In this document: one piece after another, positions 43,211-53,820 of the stretch
Layout of the letters: each line of letters starts with the position of its first letter
Position numbering within the stretch: position 1 is the first letter of the stretch
Assembly (NCBI GenBank): GCA_041690135.1
Contig: JAWLHY010000017.1
Coordinates: forward strand, 115,587 to 179,586
Source of the DNA: Armatimonadota bacterium
GTDB taxonomy: Bacteria > Armatimonadota > SYMT01
Length of the DNA stretch: 64,000 nucleotides
Direction of reading: 5' to 3'
The notes under the pieces: model-generated
The model's input: only the letters and a program-made list of their open reading frames with translations
What the model was told of the DNA's origin: nothing
The model's database searches: none
Made by a program: the position numbers and the translations under genes

Positions 43211-44113
43211 ATGGCACAGGATTTACGGAAACGTCGCATCCGGTGGGATGACCTGATCGTTAAGAGCATCCTCTTTGCGTGTGCGGCCGTGTCGGTGATC
43301 ACCACGCTGGGAATCGTGCTGGTGCTGCTGACGGAGAGCCTCAAGTTCTTCCAGGAGGTTTCGCCGGTCCGCTTCCTCACGGAGCGTGAGTGGACTCCGC
43401 TGTTTGCGGAGAAGCGCTTCGGGGTCATGCCTCTGGTTTCCGGAACGCTGCTCACCTCGCTCGTGGCGCTGCTCGTCGCCACTCCTCTGGGCCTGCTGGT
43501 GGCGGTATATCTCTCGGAATACGCCCCGCCCGGGGTACGCCGCTGGGTCAAACCGGTCCTGGAGTTCCTGGCGGGGATTCCGACGGTGGTCTACGGCTAC
43601 TTCGCACTCCTTTTTGTTACCCCGCTGCTGCAGCGTTTCATCCCGAATCTGGAACCGTTCAACGCGCTTGCAGCGGGCCTGGTGATGGGAGTGATGATCC
43701 TGCCGATGATCGCCTCGCTAAGTGAAGATGCGATGTATGCCGTGCCCAACAGCCTCCGGGATGCGGCTTACGGCCTGGGATACACGCGACTGCAGACCGT
43801 CTGGAAGATCGTGTTTCCGGCGGCCCTATCCGGGATTAGCGCCGCCGTCATTCTTGGCCTCTCCCGCGCGGTCGGCGAAACCATGATCGTGGCGATCGCA
43901 GCGGGTCAGCAGCCCAACCTCACGGCGAACCCGCTGCAGGCGGTCATGACGCTCACGGCCTACATTGTCCAGGTGAGCCTGGGGGACACCCCCCACGGCA
44001 CCCTGGAATACCACACGATTTTCGTGGTAGGGCTCACGCTGTTTGCGATCACGTTGCTGCTCAACTCGATCGCCCTGGCCCTGCGGGAACGCTACCGGAG
44101 CGTATACTCGTGA
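43211..44113 (+). CDS. pstC: Phosphate ABC transporter permease
   Basis: [39 protein letters not shown]. Confidence 0.96.
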   Translation: MAQDLRKRRIRWDDLIVKSILFACAAVSVITTLGIVLVLLTESLKFFQEVSPVRFLTEREWTPLFAEKRFGVMPLVSGTLLTSLVALLVATPLGLLVAVYLSEYAPPGVRRWVKPVLEFLAGIPTVVYGYFALLFVTPLLQRFIPNLEPFNALAAGLVMGVMILPMIASLSEDAMYAVPNSLRDAAYGLGYTRLQTVWKIVFPAALSGISAAVILGLSRAVGETMIVAIAAGQQPNLTANPLQAVMTLTAYIVQVSLGDTPHGTLEYHTIFVVGLTLFAITLLLNSIALALRERYRSVYS

Positions 44114-45021
44114 CACAGCTAACGGCAACCGGCAACATGCCGGCCCAACGGGACCTTGTCGGTGGGAGCGAAGGGCGGAAGCGCCAGCTCAAAGAATGGG
44201 CCTTTCAGTTGGCTTCGCTGACCGCCATCATGGTGGCGATCGTCGTCCTGATCGCCCTGATCGCCGACATCATGGTCGACGCCCTGCCCCGGTTGAAGCC
44301 GGAGTTCTTCACGAACTTTCCTTCGCGCCGCGCCGCACAGGCAGGGATCAAGTCGTCGCTGGTCGGCAGCATCTACCTGATGTTCCTAACCGGAGCCTTC
44401 TCCGCTCCCCTGGGCGTTGGCGCCGCGATTTATCTGGAAGAGTACGCGAAGGTCAACCGTTTGACCCGCCTTATCGAGCTGAATATCGCCAACCTGGCGG
44501 GCGTGCCCTCCGTGGTTTACGGTCTCCTGGGCCTGGAGATTTTCGTCCGGTTGATGCGGTTTGAGCGAAGCCTGCTCGCGGGCTCGCTCACAATGACCCT
44601 GCTGATTCTTCCGGTCATCATCATCGCTTCGCGGGAGGCACTGCGGGCGGTGCCCCAGTCGATCCGGCATGGGGCGCGGGCATTGGGAGCGACCCAGTGG
44701 CAGGCGATCTGGCGCCATGTCTTGCCGCTCGCCTTTCCGGGCATCCTGACGGGGGTGATCCTGGGCTTCTCCCGGGCGATCGGGGAGACGGCTCCGCTGA
44801 TCACCATCGGGGCGCTGACCTTCATCGCCTTCCTGCCGGAGAACCCGTTCTCTCCGTTTACCGTGCTGCCGATCCAGGCGTTCAACTGGGTCTCGCGGCC
44901 GCAGGAGGCCTTTCAGCAGAACGCCGCGGCGGCCATCGCCGTGTTGATGGGGCTGCTGATTATCCTGAACTCGATTTCGATCTGGCTACGTCTGAAGCTG
45001 CAGAAGCGACTTTCCTGGTAG
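44110..45021 (+). CDS. pstA: Phosphate ABC transporter permease
   Basis: [48 protein letters not shown]. Confidence 0.96.
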   Translation: MTQLTATGNMPAQRDLVGGSEGRKRQLKEWAFQLASLTAIMVAIVVLIALIADIMVDALPRLKPEFFTNFPSRRAAQAGIKSSLVGSIYLMFLTGAFSAPLGVGAAIYLEEYAKVNRLTRLIELNIANLAGVPSVVYGLLGLEIFVRLMRFERSLLAGSLTMTLLILPVIIIASREALRAVPQSIRHGARALGATQWQAIWRHVLPLAFPGILTGVILGFSRAIGETAPLITIGALTFIAFLPENPFSPFTVLPIQAFNWVSRPQEAFQQNAAAAIAVLMGLLIILNSISIWLRLKLQKRLSW

Positions 45022-45057
45022 CAGCCACTCTGCCGGGAAGAAAGTTAGGAACTGGTT

Positions 45058-45930
45058 ATGCGCGACACCCAGGTTGCTCCCATGGCAAAACGCTCCGAAC
45101 CGCCCGCCGTAACGCCGCAGCCCGCCCCGCATTCCATCCCGGTGGTCAAGGCTCCGGTGAAGCCGGCGGAGAAGGGTGAGACTAAGTTCCACGTACAGGG
45201 CCTGAACCTCCACTACGGCTCGCACCATGCCCTGAAGGGAATCTCTGCCGAGCTCTACAAAAACGAGATCACCGCACTGATCGGCCCTTCCGGCTGTGGC
45301 AAGTCGACCTTTCTCCGGTGTCTGAACCGGATGAACGAGCTCATCACCGACGTGAAAACCAGCGGTGTGGTCAGCATGGATGGGGTGGATATCTACGACC
45401 GGCGTGTGGATGTGGTGGAGCTGCGGAAGCGGGTGGGAATGGTGTTCCAGAAGCCCAACCCCTTCCCAATGACGATTTTCGACAACATCGCAGCCGGGCC
45501 TCGGATTCACGGGGTGAAGCAGCGCTCCCGCCTGGAGGAGATCGTAGAACGGAGTCTCCGCGGCGCCGCGCTGTGGGAAGAGGTGAAAGACACGCTCAAG
45601 AAGAGTGCCCTGGCGCTTTCCGGCGGACAGCAGCAGCGCCTCTGCATCGCCCGCGCCCTGGCGATCGAGCCGGAAGTAATCCTGATGGACGAGCCCTGCT
45701 CGGCCCTGGACCCGATCTCCACCTTCCGAATCGAAGAGTTGATGGAGGAGCTACGGGAGCGCTACACCATCGTGCTCGTGACCCACAACATGTATCAAGC
45801 GTCGCGCGTGAGCCAGCGGACCGGCTTTTTTCTGATGGGCGAGTTAGTGGAGATGGGGTCCACGGAACAGATCTTCGAGCGGCCCCAGGACCAGCGCACG
45901 GACGACTACATCCGGGGGCGGTTCGGATAG
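45058..45930 (+). CDS. pstB: Phosphate ABC transporter ATPase
   Basis: [55 protein letters not shown]. Confidence 0.97.
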   Translation: MRDTQVAPMAKRSEPPAVTPQPAPHSIPVVKAPVKPAEKGETKFHVQGLNLHYGSHHALKGISAELYKNEITALIGPSGCGKSTFLRCLNRMNELITDVKTSGVVSMDGVDIYDRRVDVVELRKRVGMVFQKPNPFPMTIFDNIAAGPRIHGVKQRSRLEEIVERSLRGAALWEEVKDTLKKSALALSGGQQQRLCIARALAIEPEVILMDEPCSALDPISTFRIEELMEELRERYTIVLVTHNMYQASRVSQRTGFFLMGELVEMGSTEQIFERPQDQRTDDYIRGRFG

Positions 45931-46007
45931 ATCCCTCCTGGAAGTCAGCGGACACTGCGGATCTTTTGGCGTGGTTCTCAGGGGGAACTCCGGGAGCCGC
46001 GCTTGTT

Positions 46008-46090
46008 CATGCTATCATAATTCGAAATATGCAGAAATATCGTCGCTTCTTTGCCTGTCCCTACGGGCTTAAGGGTGATTTGAGGCGTTA
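46008..46090 (+). promoter_or_regulatory. Putative ars promoter/operator region
   Basis: Extended -10 TGcTATCAT (46010-46018), AT-rich imperfect palindrome aattcgaaatatgcagaaata, and an 11-bp repeat cttaagg/tttgagg at 46068/46079. Confidence 0.4.
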
Positions 46091-46148
46091 CCGCGTGTAT
46101 CCGGGTCGGACAGTCGCCTGACTCGCGGGAACGGTAGTAGGAGAGGGA

Positions 46149-46541
46149 ATGAACACTTCGCAGGTTGAACAACTTGCACTGATCTTCAAGGCGCTGGGGG
46201 ACCCCACGCGCCTGCGGATTTTGCAGACGCTGCGTTGTTGCTCTCCGGACGTCGAAATCGACGAAGAAGGCCAGTGCCGGCCGGCAGGATCCCTGTCCGT
46301 GGGAGAGGTTTGCTGCGGTCTTGATCAGGCGATGTCTACGGTCTCGCACCACCTGAAGGAACTGCGGATCGCCGGGCTGATCCGGACGGAAAAGCGCGGG
46401 CGTTGGATCTACTGTTCGGTTAACCCGGAGGCACTCGAGCCGATTCAGGCGTTTCTGGACGGAGACTGTTCGCCGGTGCCGGAGAATGCGCTAGTCCGGG
46501 AAACTGCGGCACCGGAGCCCGCGTCGACGAGTGTGAGGTGA
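46149..46541 (+). CDS. arsR: ArsR/SmtB family repressor
   Basis: FKALGDPTRL.I, VGE.CC, STVSHHLKELR.AGLI...KRG.WIY; Cys-rich; directly upstream of acr3. Confidence 0.9.
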   Translation: MNTSQVEQLALIFKALGDPTRLRILQTLRCCSPDVEIDEEGQCRPAGSLSVGEVCCGLDQAMSTVSHHLKELRIAGLIRTEKRGRWIYCSVNPEALEPIQAFLDGDCSPVPENALVRETAAPEPASTSVR

Positions 46542-46607
46542 TGATGAAGCGGGATCGGGTTTCCGCACTGGTTGATGAACTACTGGCGCTACAGGAGACG
46601 GGAAGCG

Positions 46608-47717
46608 ATGAAGCGTGAGATGACAGCAGCCACAGTGGCGCCTTGCCGAACAACTCCTACCGGACGGCTCTCATTTCTCGATCGATACCTCACCCTCTGG
46701 ATCTTTCTGGCGATGGCGGTGGGGGTATTGCTCGGCTACACGTCACCTGCGGTAGTGCAAGGGATTACGAACCTCTCCGTGGGAGCTACCTCGATTCCCA
46801 TTGCCGTGGGCCTGATCCTGATGATGTACCCGCCGCTCGCCAAGGTGCGCTACGAGGAGCTCGGCCAGGCTTTCCGGAACGTGCGGGTTCTTCTGCTCTC
46901 GCTGGTGCAGAACTGGCTGATCGGCCCCGTCTTGATGTTCGCGCTGGCTCTCGCCTTTCTCGCCGACCGGCCCGAATATGCCATTGGCCTGATTATGATC
47001 GGCCTGGCCCGCTGCATCGCGATGGTGATCGTGTGGAATGACCTGGCACGTGGGGACCGCGAGTATGCCGCGGGCCTTGTGGCGTTCAACTCGTTGTTCC
47101 AGGTTTTCTTCTTTTCGATCTACGCGTACGTCTTCGTCAAGGTGCTCCCGCCGCTGCTGGGGGTGAACTTTGGAGACGTGGACCTCTCCCGCATTACTAT
47201 CCCGGCGATTGCGGAGAGCGTGTTGATCTACCTGGGCATTCCGTTCGTCGCGGGTATGCTCACGCGGTTCCTGTTATTGCGGGCCAAGGGCCGCGAGTGG
47301 TACGAGCGGGAATTCATTCCTCGGATCAGCCCCATCACCCTGGTCGCGCTCCTGTTCACCATCGTCGTGATGTTCTCCCTCAAGGGCGAATACATCGTGC
47401 GCATTCCCATGGACGTAGTGCGGATCGCCATTCCGCTGCTGGTTTATTTCGTGGTGATGTTCCTGGTCTCGTTCTGGATGGGGCGGAAACTCGGAGCAGA
47501 CTACTCCAAGACGACGACCCTCGCCTTCACGGCTGCGAGCAACAACTTCGAGCTGGCGATTGCCGTGGCGGTGGCCGTGTTCGGCATCAATTCCGGGGCG
47601 GCGTTCGCGGCGGTGATCGGTCCTCTGGTGGAAGTGCCCGTGATGATCGGGCTGGTCAATGTGGCCATTTGGTTTCAGAAGCGGTGGTTTGCCAAGGAGC
47701 AAAGCCTGGCCCTCTGA
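46608..47717 (+). CDS. acr3: Arsenite efflux transporter, ACR3 family
   Basis: [59 protein letters not shown]. Confidence 0.96.
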   Translation: MKREMTAATVAPCRTTPTGRLSFLDRYLTLWIFLAMAVGVLLGYTSPAVVQGITNLSVGATSIPIAVGLILMMYPPLAKVRYEELGQAFRNVRVLLLSLVQNWLIGPVLMFALALAFLADRPEYAIGLIMIGLARCIAMVIVWNDLARGDREYAAGLVAFNSLFQVFFFSIYAYVFVKVLPPLLGVNFGDVDLSRITIPAIAESVLIYLGIPFVAGMLTRFLLLRAKGREWYEREFIPRISPITLVALLFTIVVMFSLKGEYIVRIPMDVVRIAIPLLVYFVVMFLVSFWMGRKLGADYSKTTTLAFTAASNNFELAIAVAVAVFGINSGAAFAAVIGPLVEVPVMIGLVNVAIWFQKRWFAKEQSLAL

Positions 47718-47736
47718 ACCAGGGTGTGAAGTACAG

Positions 47737-47771
47737 ACGGGCCGGAGTGTGGATCTAACACTCCGGCCCGT
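47737..47771. terminator. Hairpin between convergent acr3 and lactonase genes
   Basis: 14-bp perfect stem acgggccggagtgt/acactccggcccgt. Confidence 0.65.
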
Positions 47772-47842
47772 AGGTGTGGTCACTCATCACTTCACTTCCA
47801 CGTTCTTCCCGAACGGGCAAGCTCGTGGGCTGGGCGAAAACG

Positions 47843-48781
47843 CTACTTCCGCCAGCGCTGCCATTCCAGCCCTGGGCGGTCCACGCGGAACTGGACCAGG
47901 CGGGTGTGCTCGACCTCGGTGACGTAGGCCGTACGTCCGTCGGGGCCGCCGAAGCAGATGTTGCTGGGCCGCGCACCCAGCACCTCGATCTCATGGAGGA
48001 CCTTGCCGGCAGGAGAGACCTTCGCGACCGTGCCCTTCCCGTAGCGGGTCACGTAGAGGTTGCCGTCCACGTCGCACCGCATCCCATCGAAGCCGTGGTC
48101 CGGGAACTGGATCAGCAGTCGCTTATCGGTCACGGTGCCTTCCGGGGTGAGGGTGAAGGCCCAGATGTTCCGCTGGACGCTCTCGTTCACGTAGAGGGTC
48201 TTGCCGTCCGGGCTGACCTCGATACCATTGGTGGTGCCCATGTTCGAAGCCAGCTTCGTCACCTTGCCGTCGCGGCCGATACGCCAGAGCTGTCCCGTGC
48301 TTGCCTTCCAGTTGGGATCGCTGGCGTAGAGGGTGCCGTCCGGGCCGATTGCCAGGTCGTTGGGCTGGTTCATCGTCGATTCGTGGGCGAAGACGCTGAC
48401 TTTCTTCGTCTTCGGATCGATCTTCAGCACGTTGTGGTTGGTGTAATCGGCAACGTACATCGTCCCCTGGCGATCGAAACGGATGCCGTTGCCGACGCTG
48501 CCGTTCGGCAACTCCACGAACACTTCACTCTTGCCCTTAGGGGTGGTCCGCCCGATGGTGTGCTGGCGGGCGAAGTTGACCGCGTAGACGTTCCCCTGCC
48601 GGTCGCAGGCCGGGCCCTCGATGCCGGTGGTGAACTCGCCTTCGCGGGTCAGGGGAGAGGCTTTGAACAACTCCACGCTCTTTTTGCCTTCCGCGGCCTG
48701 GGCGCGATGTGCGGACGCCCCGGCCAACTCGGCGGTAACGGAAAGGCCGATACCGGCCACGATGAATTCTCGACGGTTCAT
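47843..48781 (-). CDS. Tat-exported SMP-30/gluconolactonase family protein
   Basis: NRREFI signal; EGP, NG, PND, NGI..SPDG..LYVNES, DGM..D..GNLY, SN.CFGG. Confidence 0.92.
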   Translation of the reverse strand: MNRREFIVAGIGLSVTAELAGASAHRAQAAEGKKSVELFKASPLTREGEFTTGIEGPACDRQGNVYAVNFARQHTIGRTTPKGKSEVFVELPNGSVGNGIRFDRQGTMYVADYTNHNVLKIDPKTKKVSVFAHESTMNQPNDLAIGPDGTLYASDPNWKASTGQLWRIGRDGKVTKLASNMGTTNGIEVSPDGKTLYVNESVQRNIWAFTLTPEGTVTDKRLLIQFPDHGFDGMRCDVDGNLYVTRYGKGTVAKVSPAGKVLHEIEVLGARPSNICFGGPDGRTAYVTEVEHTRLVQFRVDRPGLEWQRWRK

Positions 48782-48857
48782 ATCAACTCCTGGGCAACAC
48801 CAACCCGTAAAGTACAGCCGTTGGCCCCACCGGAATCAGTCGTTCGGCCTCACGGGA

Positions 48858-49634
48858 TCACTCCTCCTCCCGGAACAGCTCCCGGAGGAAAACGTCGCGG
48901 CTGTTCAGGAAGTCGCGAGTGAGGCGGAAGTGATCCGTCTCCTCATACCCCACCGGCTGAATCCCCCGGTCGTTGAACTCGTAGATCGTCGCATTCGGAT
49001 AGGCCATCAGGATGGGGGAGTGGGTGGCGATGACGAATTGAGAGCCCGAGGCATGGGCGTGGAGGATTTTCAGGAAGGCGAGTTGCCGGGCGGGAGAGAG
49101 CGCCGCTTCGGGTTCGTCGAGCAGGTAGAGGCCCTCTCCCGCGAACCGGTTCGTGGCCAGAGCCAGGAAGGATTCGCCATGCGACTGTTCGTGAAGGGAG
49201 CGTCCCCCATAGTTCCGGAGGGGGATTCCCAACTCGTCGATGCGGCTGGCGACATTAAAGAAGCTCTCCGCGCGGAGGTAGTACGTATCCTTTTCCCGGC
49301 GGACGCCCCGTTGAAGCTTCAAAGCACTGCCGGCGTCCGACCAGGAACTCCGTTCGGTCAGGTTGAAGTTCCGGCTGCCTCCTTCTCTATCGAAGCCGGC
49401 GGCCTGCGCTAATCCCTCCAGCAGAGTCGACTTGCCGGAGCCATTCTCGCCGACAAAGAACGTCACCGCCGGATGCAGGTCGAGAGCATCCAGGTCGCGG
49501 AGGGCGGGCAGGTTCCAGGGGAAGGACCGCCGGGAGGGAACACGGGAGGAGTCCACCAGGAGGCGGTGGATGAACCCACCACCGATAGACTCCTCATCGC
49601 GCAAGGGGTGGCGGGCGGGTTTCCGGGGTCGCAT
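48858..49634 (-). CDS. Predicted ABC-type/AAA ATPase (COG3910-like)
   Basis: VTFFVGENGSGKSTLLE, EGGS.N, LRAESF, SHGESF, LLDEPEAALSP.RQ, IATHSPILM. Confidence 0.88.
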   Translation of the reverse strand: MRPRKPARHPLRDEESIGGGFIHRLLVDSSRVPSRRSFPWNLPALRDLDALDLHPAVTFFVGENGSGKSTLLEGLAQAAGFDREGGSRNFNLTERSSWSDAGSALKLQRGVRREKDTYYLRAESFFNVASRIDELGIPLRNYGGRSLHEQSHGESFLALATNRFAGEGLYLLDEPEAALSPARQLAFLKILHAHASGSQFVIATHSPILMAYPNATIYEFNDRGIQPVGYEETDHFRLTRDFLNSRDVFLRELFREEE

Positions 49635-49734
49635 CGCAAATCCTGTTCGTGGGTCTTACGCAGCACTCCCGTCTGCAAAGCCAGGGAATTCGAAGCGAGA
49701 AGGCGAACCTGGACGTAATTCCCCAGAGCGCTGC

Positions 49735-51174
49735 ATGGAGTCCATTCTGATGTTGGTCCGCCGGAAACTCTCTCCCCTCCTCTTGTTGGGTCTCGCCGTG
49801 GGACTGGTCGGTCTCTCCTCCGGTCCGGGAGAGGCCGCGCGCCGTCTGCCGAACATCATCTTCATCATGGCCGACGACCTGGGGTGGGGCGGCATCGGCA
49901 GCTATGGCCAGCAGAAGATCAAGACCCCAAACCTCGACCGCCTGGCAAAGCAGGGGATGCGTTTCACCCAGGCTTACGCGGGCTCACACGTATGCGCGCC
50001 GTCTCGAAGCGTGCTGATGACCGGCCTCCACACGGGTCATACTCCGGTGCGGGCCAACGGGAAGAACCGGCATCTCTACGATGCAGACGTGACGGTCGCC
50101 GAGGTCCTGAAAAGGGCAGGATACGCCACCGGTGGCTTCGGCAAGTGGGGCCTGGGTAAAGAGGATACTCCCGGAGTGGCCACCCGGCAGGGCTTCGACG
50201 AGTGGTTCGGGCAGTACAGCCAGGTGCACGCTCACTTCTACTATCCCTACTGGCTCTGGAAGAACGAGACCCGTTACCCACTTCCCGGTAATGAGGGCGG
50301 CAAACGAGAGCAGTACGCCCACGACGAGATCCACCGGCACGCGCTCGATTTTATCCGGCGGAAGAAGGATGGACCCTTCTTCGCTTACCTGCCGTACATC
50401 ATTCCCCACGTGGAGCTGGTGGTGCCGGAAGATTCCGAACGAGAGTACCGGGGTCAGTTCCCCAAGCGGGCACTTCCGGATCCCCGTCCCGGCTACCTCG
50501 GCTCGGAGGACGGTTTCACCACTTATGCCGGCATGGTCAGCCGGCTGGACCGGCACGTGGGTGAGGTGACGGATCTCCTCAAGGAATTGAAGATCGACCG
50601 GAACACGATCGTCATCTTCACCTCCGACAACGGTCCCCAGGGAGACCGGGCGTGGGACCCGTTGGTCGAGTTTTTCGACGGGAATGGGCCCTACCGGGGC
50701 AGCAAGGGGCATTTTTACGAGGGTGGGCTCCGCGTGCCGTTCATCGTTCACTGGCCCGGCGTAACGCAGCCGGGCAGCGTAAGCAAGCACCCCCTGGCAT
50801 TCTGGGACGTGATGCCGACGCTGGCCCAAATTGCGGGAGTTAAGGCGCCGCCGAATGACGGCATCTCCTTCGTGCCCGCGCTGCGGGGTTCGGACGGGCA
50901 GCGGACGCACGCGCACTTCTACTGGGAGTATCCCTACGGCCAGGGCGTGGGGCAGGCCGTTCGGCGCGGCGATTGGAAGGGCGTGATCCCGCGACCCGGC
51001 GCGCCGCTGGAGCTTTACAACCTGAAGAAGGACCCATCCGAAACGACCAACGTGGTCGCGGACCGGCCGAAGGAGGCCGCGAGGATCCGTGCCCTGATGG
51101 AGTCGGAACGGACCCCCGAACGGGAATATGGAGAGGAAATTCCGCGGCTCGGCATCCGAGATTTCGTACACTAA
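49735..51174 (+). CDS. Exported arylsulfatase (Cys-type, FGly-dependent)
   Basis: Signal peptide; PNII.IMADDLG, CAPSR..LMTG, GKW, PH, SDNG, G.K...YEGG.RVP; start 49735 or 49750. Confidence 0.93.
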   Translation: MESILMLVRRKLSPLLLLGLAVGLVGLSSGPGEAARRLPNIIFIMADDLGWGGIGSYGQQKIKTPNLDRLAKQGMRFTQAYAGSHVCAPSRSVLMTGLHTGHTPVRANGKNRHLYDADVTVAEVLKRAGYATGGFGKWGLGKEDTPGVATRQGFDEWFGQYSQVHAHFYYPYWLWKNETRYPLPGNEGGKREQYAHDEIHRHALDFIRRKKDGPFFAYLPYIIPHVELVVPEDSEREYRGQFPKRALPDPRPGYLGSEDGFTTYAGMVSRLDRHVGEVTDLLKELKIDRNTIVIFTSDNGPQGDRAWDPLVEFFDGNGPYRGSKGHFYEGGLRVPFIVHWPGVTQPGSVSKHPLAFWDVMPTLAQIAGVKAPPNDGISFVPALRGSDGQRTHAHFYWEYPYGQGVGQAVRRGDWKGVIPRPGAPLELYNLKKDPSETTNVVADRPKEAARIRALMESERTPEREYGEEIPRLGIRDFVH

Positions 51175-51270
51175 CCGGTGGCGAGAGCGGTGCAAAACGG
51201 CCGTAACTTGCCGAACGCATCTGGCTCCCAGTGAGCTGGGGCGCGTCTATCCGCCGGGCGCGATGTCCTC

Positions 51271-52767
51271 ATGACGGAGGGTCGGGTGATGCTCCGGGTC
51301 CTGGGAAGTCCACAACGGCTTTGTGACGGCGCCACGCGTCGAGAGGTGCTGACCGCCGGCGCCCTCGGCCTGTTCGGGGGAATGTCGCTGCCCAACCTGG
51401 TGCATGCGGAGGAGACGGCACGTAGGGTCGCCACCGCGCGAGACGACCGCCGCACGAGAGCCGTACGGGCTGGGTGGCTGCGGCCCGGTAAGGCGAAGTC
51501 CGTTATCCTGCTCTATCTGATGGGAGGCCCGCCCCAGCAGGACATGTGGGACATGAAGCCGGACGCGCCGGTGGAGGTGCGGGGCGAGTTCAAACCGATC
51601 CGGACCAACGTCCCCGGCATTGAGATCTGCGAGCTGCTTCCGAAGATGGCGGGATGGATGCACCGGTCCGCGATCGTACGCTCGGTTCACCATGAGGGCG
51701 GTGACCACAACCCCCTGCCAAGCATGAGCGGCTTCAATGGGCCCTCGACCGCCGGTTCGATTGTTCAGCCGGGAGCCGGCGATCCTCCGAGCATGGGGTC
51801 GGTGTGCGAATTTCTGGGCCTCGGGGGTCCCGAATTACCGGGTTACTGGTACCTTCCCTGCTATCTGGGTTGGGGGCAATCGATCCGTCGCCCCGGCCCA
51901 TACGCCGGTTACCTGGGGCAGCAATACGACCCGGCCTTCACCGAATGCAGCCCTTCGGTCGCCGAACCCGCCCGCCCCGCCCATCCGCAGGTGGTCAAAG
52001 GTACTCCGTTCCTCCCGTCTCTGGCTCCGCAGGTCACCGCCGATCGGCTCTCCCGCCGGCGCACCCTACGCGAACAGCTCGATGCCGGACTTCGAAACTT
52101 CGACAGAAGCGATGCACTGACAGCCGCCGACCGGCAGTATCAGCGCGCGTTCGACCTGTTGACCTCTCCCGAAGCCCGGGGCGCTTTCGATCTCGAGAAG
52201 GAGGATCCCAAGCTCCGCGAGCGTTACGGCAGGAGTCTTTTCGGCGAGAGCGCCCTCATCGGCCGCCGCCTGATCGAAGCGGGAGCACGGTTCGTAACCG
52301 TGACCTGGGACCTGTTTTGGGAGCGGATCAACGTCGATTACGACGGGTGGGATACCCACAGCCAGAACTTCAAGCTCCTCCGCACGTTCCACTTGCCGTA
52401 CCTGGATCTCGCCTACTCCGCCCTGATGGAAGACCTGGACGCACGAGGGCTTCTCGACGAAACGTTGGTCGTGGTGATGGGGGAGATGGGCCGCACCCCA
52501 AAGATCAACGGCAACGCGGGGCGGGACCACTGGACGCACTGCTACTCCGTATGGTTCAGCGGCGCGGGAATCCGTGGGGGTACGGTTTACGGCTCCAGTG
52601 ATGCCCAGGCTGCCTATCCGGACGAGGACCCGGTAGGACCAGGCGACATCTGCGCCTCCATCTATCACTGCCTTGGCATTGACCCGGACATGCCGATCTA
52701 CGACCCTACCGGTCGCCCAGTACCGGTTGCGCATGGCGGTAGGCCCATCCGGCCGATCCTGGCCTAA
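51271..52767 (+). CDS. DUF1501 family protein
   Basis: CDG.TRRE.L, AKSVILL.L.GGP.Q.D.WD.KP.AP.E.RGEF, WDTH, GEMGRTPKIN..AGRDHW. Confidence 0.92.
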   Translation: MTEGRVMLRVLGSPQRLCDGATRREVLTAGALGLFGGMSLPNLVHAEETARRVATARDDRRTRAVRAGWLRPGKAKSVILLYLMGGPPQQDMWDMKPDAPVEVRGEFKPIRTNVPGIEICELLPKMAGWMHRSAIVRSVHHEGGDHNPLPSMSGFNGPSTAGSIVQPGAGDPPSMGSVCEFLGLGGPELPGYWYLPCYLGWGQSIRRPGPYAGYLGQQYDPAFTECSPSVAEPARPAHPQVVKGTPFLPSLAPQVTADRLSRRRTLREQLDAGLRNFDRSDALTAADRQYQRAFDLLTSPEARGAFDLEKEDPKLRERYGRSLFGESALIGRRLIEAGARFVTVTWDLFWERINVDYDGWDTHSQNFKLLRTFHLPYLDLAYSALMEDLDARGLLDETLVVVMGEMGRTPKINGNAGRDHWTHCYSVWFSGAGIRGGTVYGSSDAQAAYPDEDPVGPGDICASIYHCLGIDPDMPIYDPTGRPVPVAHGGRPIRPILA

Positions 52768-53555
52768 TCGCCCAGCCGTGCTTTCGCCTTGCGGGTGATC
52801 TCTCCGTCTGGCAGCGCGGTCAGGGCCGTGTACACGGCGTGGGCATCTTTTGCGCGCTTCTCCGCGTCGAGCTTTTCGCCGAGGGTGAGGGCGGCCTCGG
52901 GGGTGAGGCACCAGGGGAGCTTCTGGGCGGCGGCACGGGAAGTGGCGACCTCAGCCTCGTTGAGGCTCGTGCCGGTGGTGCCGCTGGCCATCAGGTTGAA
53001 TACCGCCTGCCGGTGCTCCAGTTCGAGAGCGTGGCCGATCTCATGAGCGCTGACCCGCGGCAGATCCTCGTCGATGCCGCCCGGCACCTGGTTGAGCTCG
53101 GCCGTATCTTTAACGAACAGAAGCTGATAGCTGCTGTTGAAGCAAATGCCGTTCGGCCGCATCTGCCGGATGTAATAGAGGTGGAAGGTATCTTTCGATA
53201 GGCTGGCCCGCGGGCGGATCAGCCGCAAGTGCCCTTCCGTGCGGTTCTCGCCCAGGCTGGCGTACAGCTCCTGGTTGCCTGCTTCTTCCGAGAGGATGGA
53301 CTCCGCGTAGAATTGCAGGCCGGCCTGCTTCCAGATCCCGTTGATCTTTCCCAGGATCCGCCGGGCGTCGCTATCCTGGAGCCGAGTGTTCAATTCCGGA
53401 ACGGTCTTGGAACGCAGCAGGTGGATGCGCAGGGGGAGGAGCCGGTACTCACCCTCCCGGAAGCCATCCTGTGCCTGAAGAGCGTCCAGTGGCAGCAGCA
53501 GAGCCGCGGTGAGGACGGCGAGACCAGCGAGACCTCTCTTCAGAATGTGGTGCAT
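52764..53555 (-). CDS. Exported metzincin-like zinc metallopeptidase
   Basis: Signal peptide; HEIGHALELEH followed by Met-turn NLM; start taken at ATG 53555. Confidence 0.75.
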   Translation of the reverse strand: MHHILKRGLAGLAVLTAALLLPLDALQAQDGFREGEYRLLPLRIHLLRSKTVPELNTRLQDSDARRILGKINGIWKQAGLQFYAESILSEEAGNQELYASLGENRTEGHLRLIRPRASLSKDTFHLYYIRQMRPNGICFNSSYQLLFVKDTAELNQVPGGIDEDLPRVSAHEIGHALELEHRQAVFNLMASGTTGTSLNEAEVATSRAAAQKLPWCLTPEAALTLGEKLDAEKRAKDAHAVYTALTALPDGEITRKAKARLGD

Positions 53556-53564
53556 GTGTGATCT

Positions 53565-53820
53565 TTCGTGATGCGTAATTCGTGATGCGTGAGGCTCGTT
53601 GCAAGACTGGCTTTGGTTCCACCGTGATGACTGCCGAGGCGCAATTCGTGCTGTGTGAAGCTCGGAATCATTACGGCTACGGCTAGCCATTTCGTATCCG
53701 TGCACAAAGCGAAACCGAAGCCATGGGAGAGACCTCGCCTTTCGCGCAGTGCTACGGGAGAGCTGGTTCGGTTACGCAATACGCATTACGAAGCACGCAA
53801 TACGCAGCACGCCTCACGAA
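53565..53820. repeat. Two mutually inverted heptamer tandem arrays
   Basis: (ttcgtga tgcgtaa ttcgtga tgcgtga) at 53565-53592 and (ttacgca atacgca ttacgaa gcacgca atacgca gcacgcc tcacgaa) at 53772-53820. Confidence 0.75.

Noticed and set aside
48858-49634. ATPase as part of an anti-phage defence system
   Set aside because: No partner nuclease or TOPRIM gene; it resembles the common stand-alone COG3910 family
49363-49734. N-terminal extensions in the ORF track (sulfatase, M81 peptidase, MDR, PadR, can, metallopeptidase)
   Set aside because: They overlap neighbouring genes or repeats; downstream starts match signal peptides, RBSs and domain boundaries
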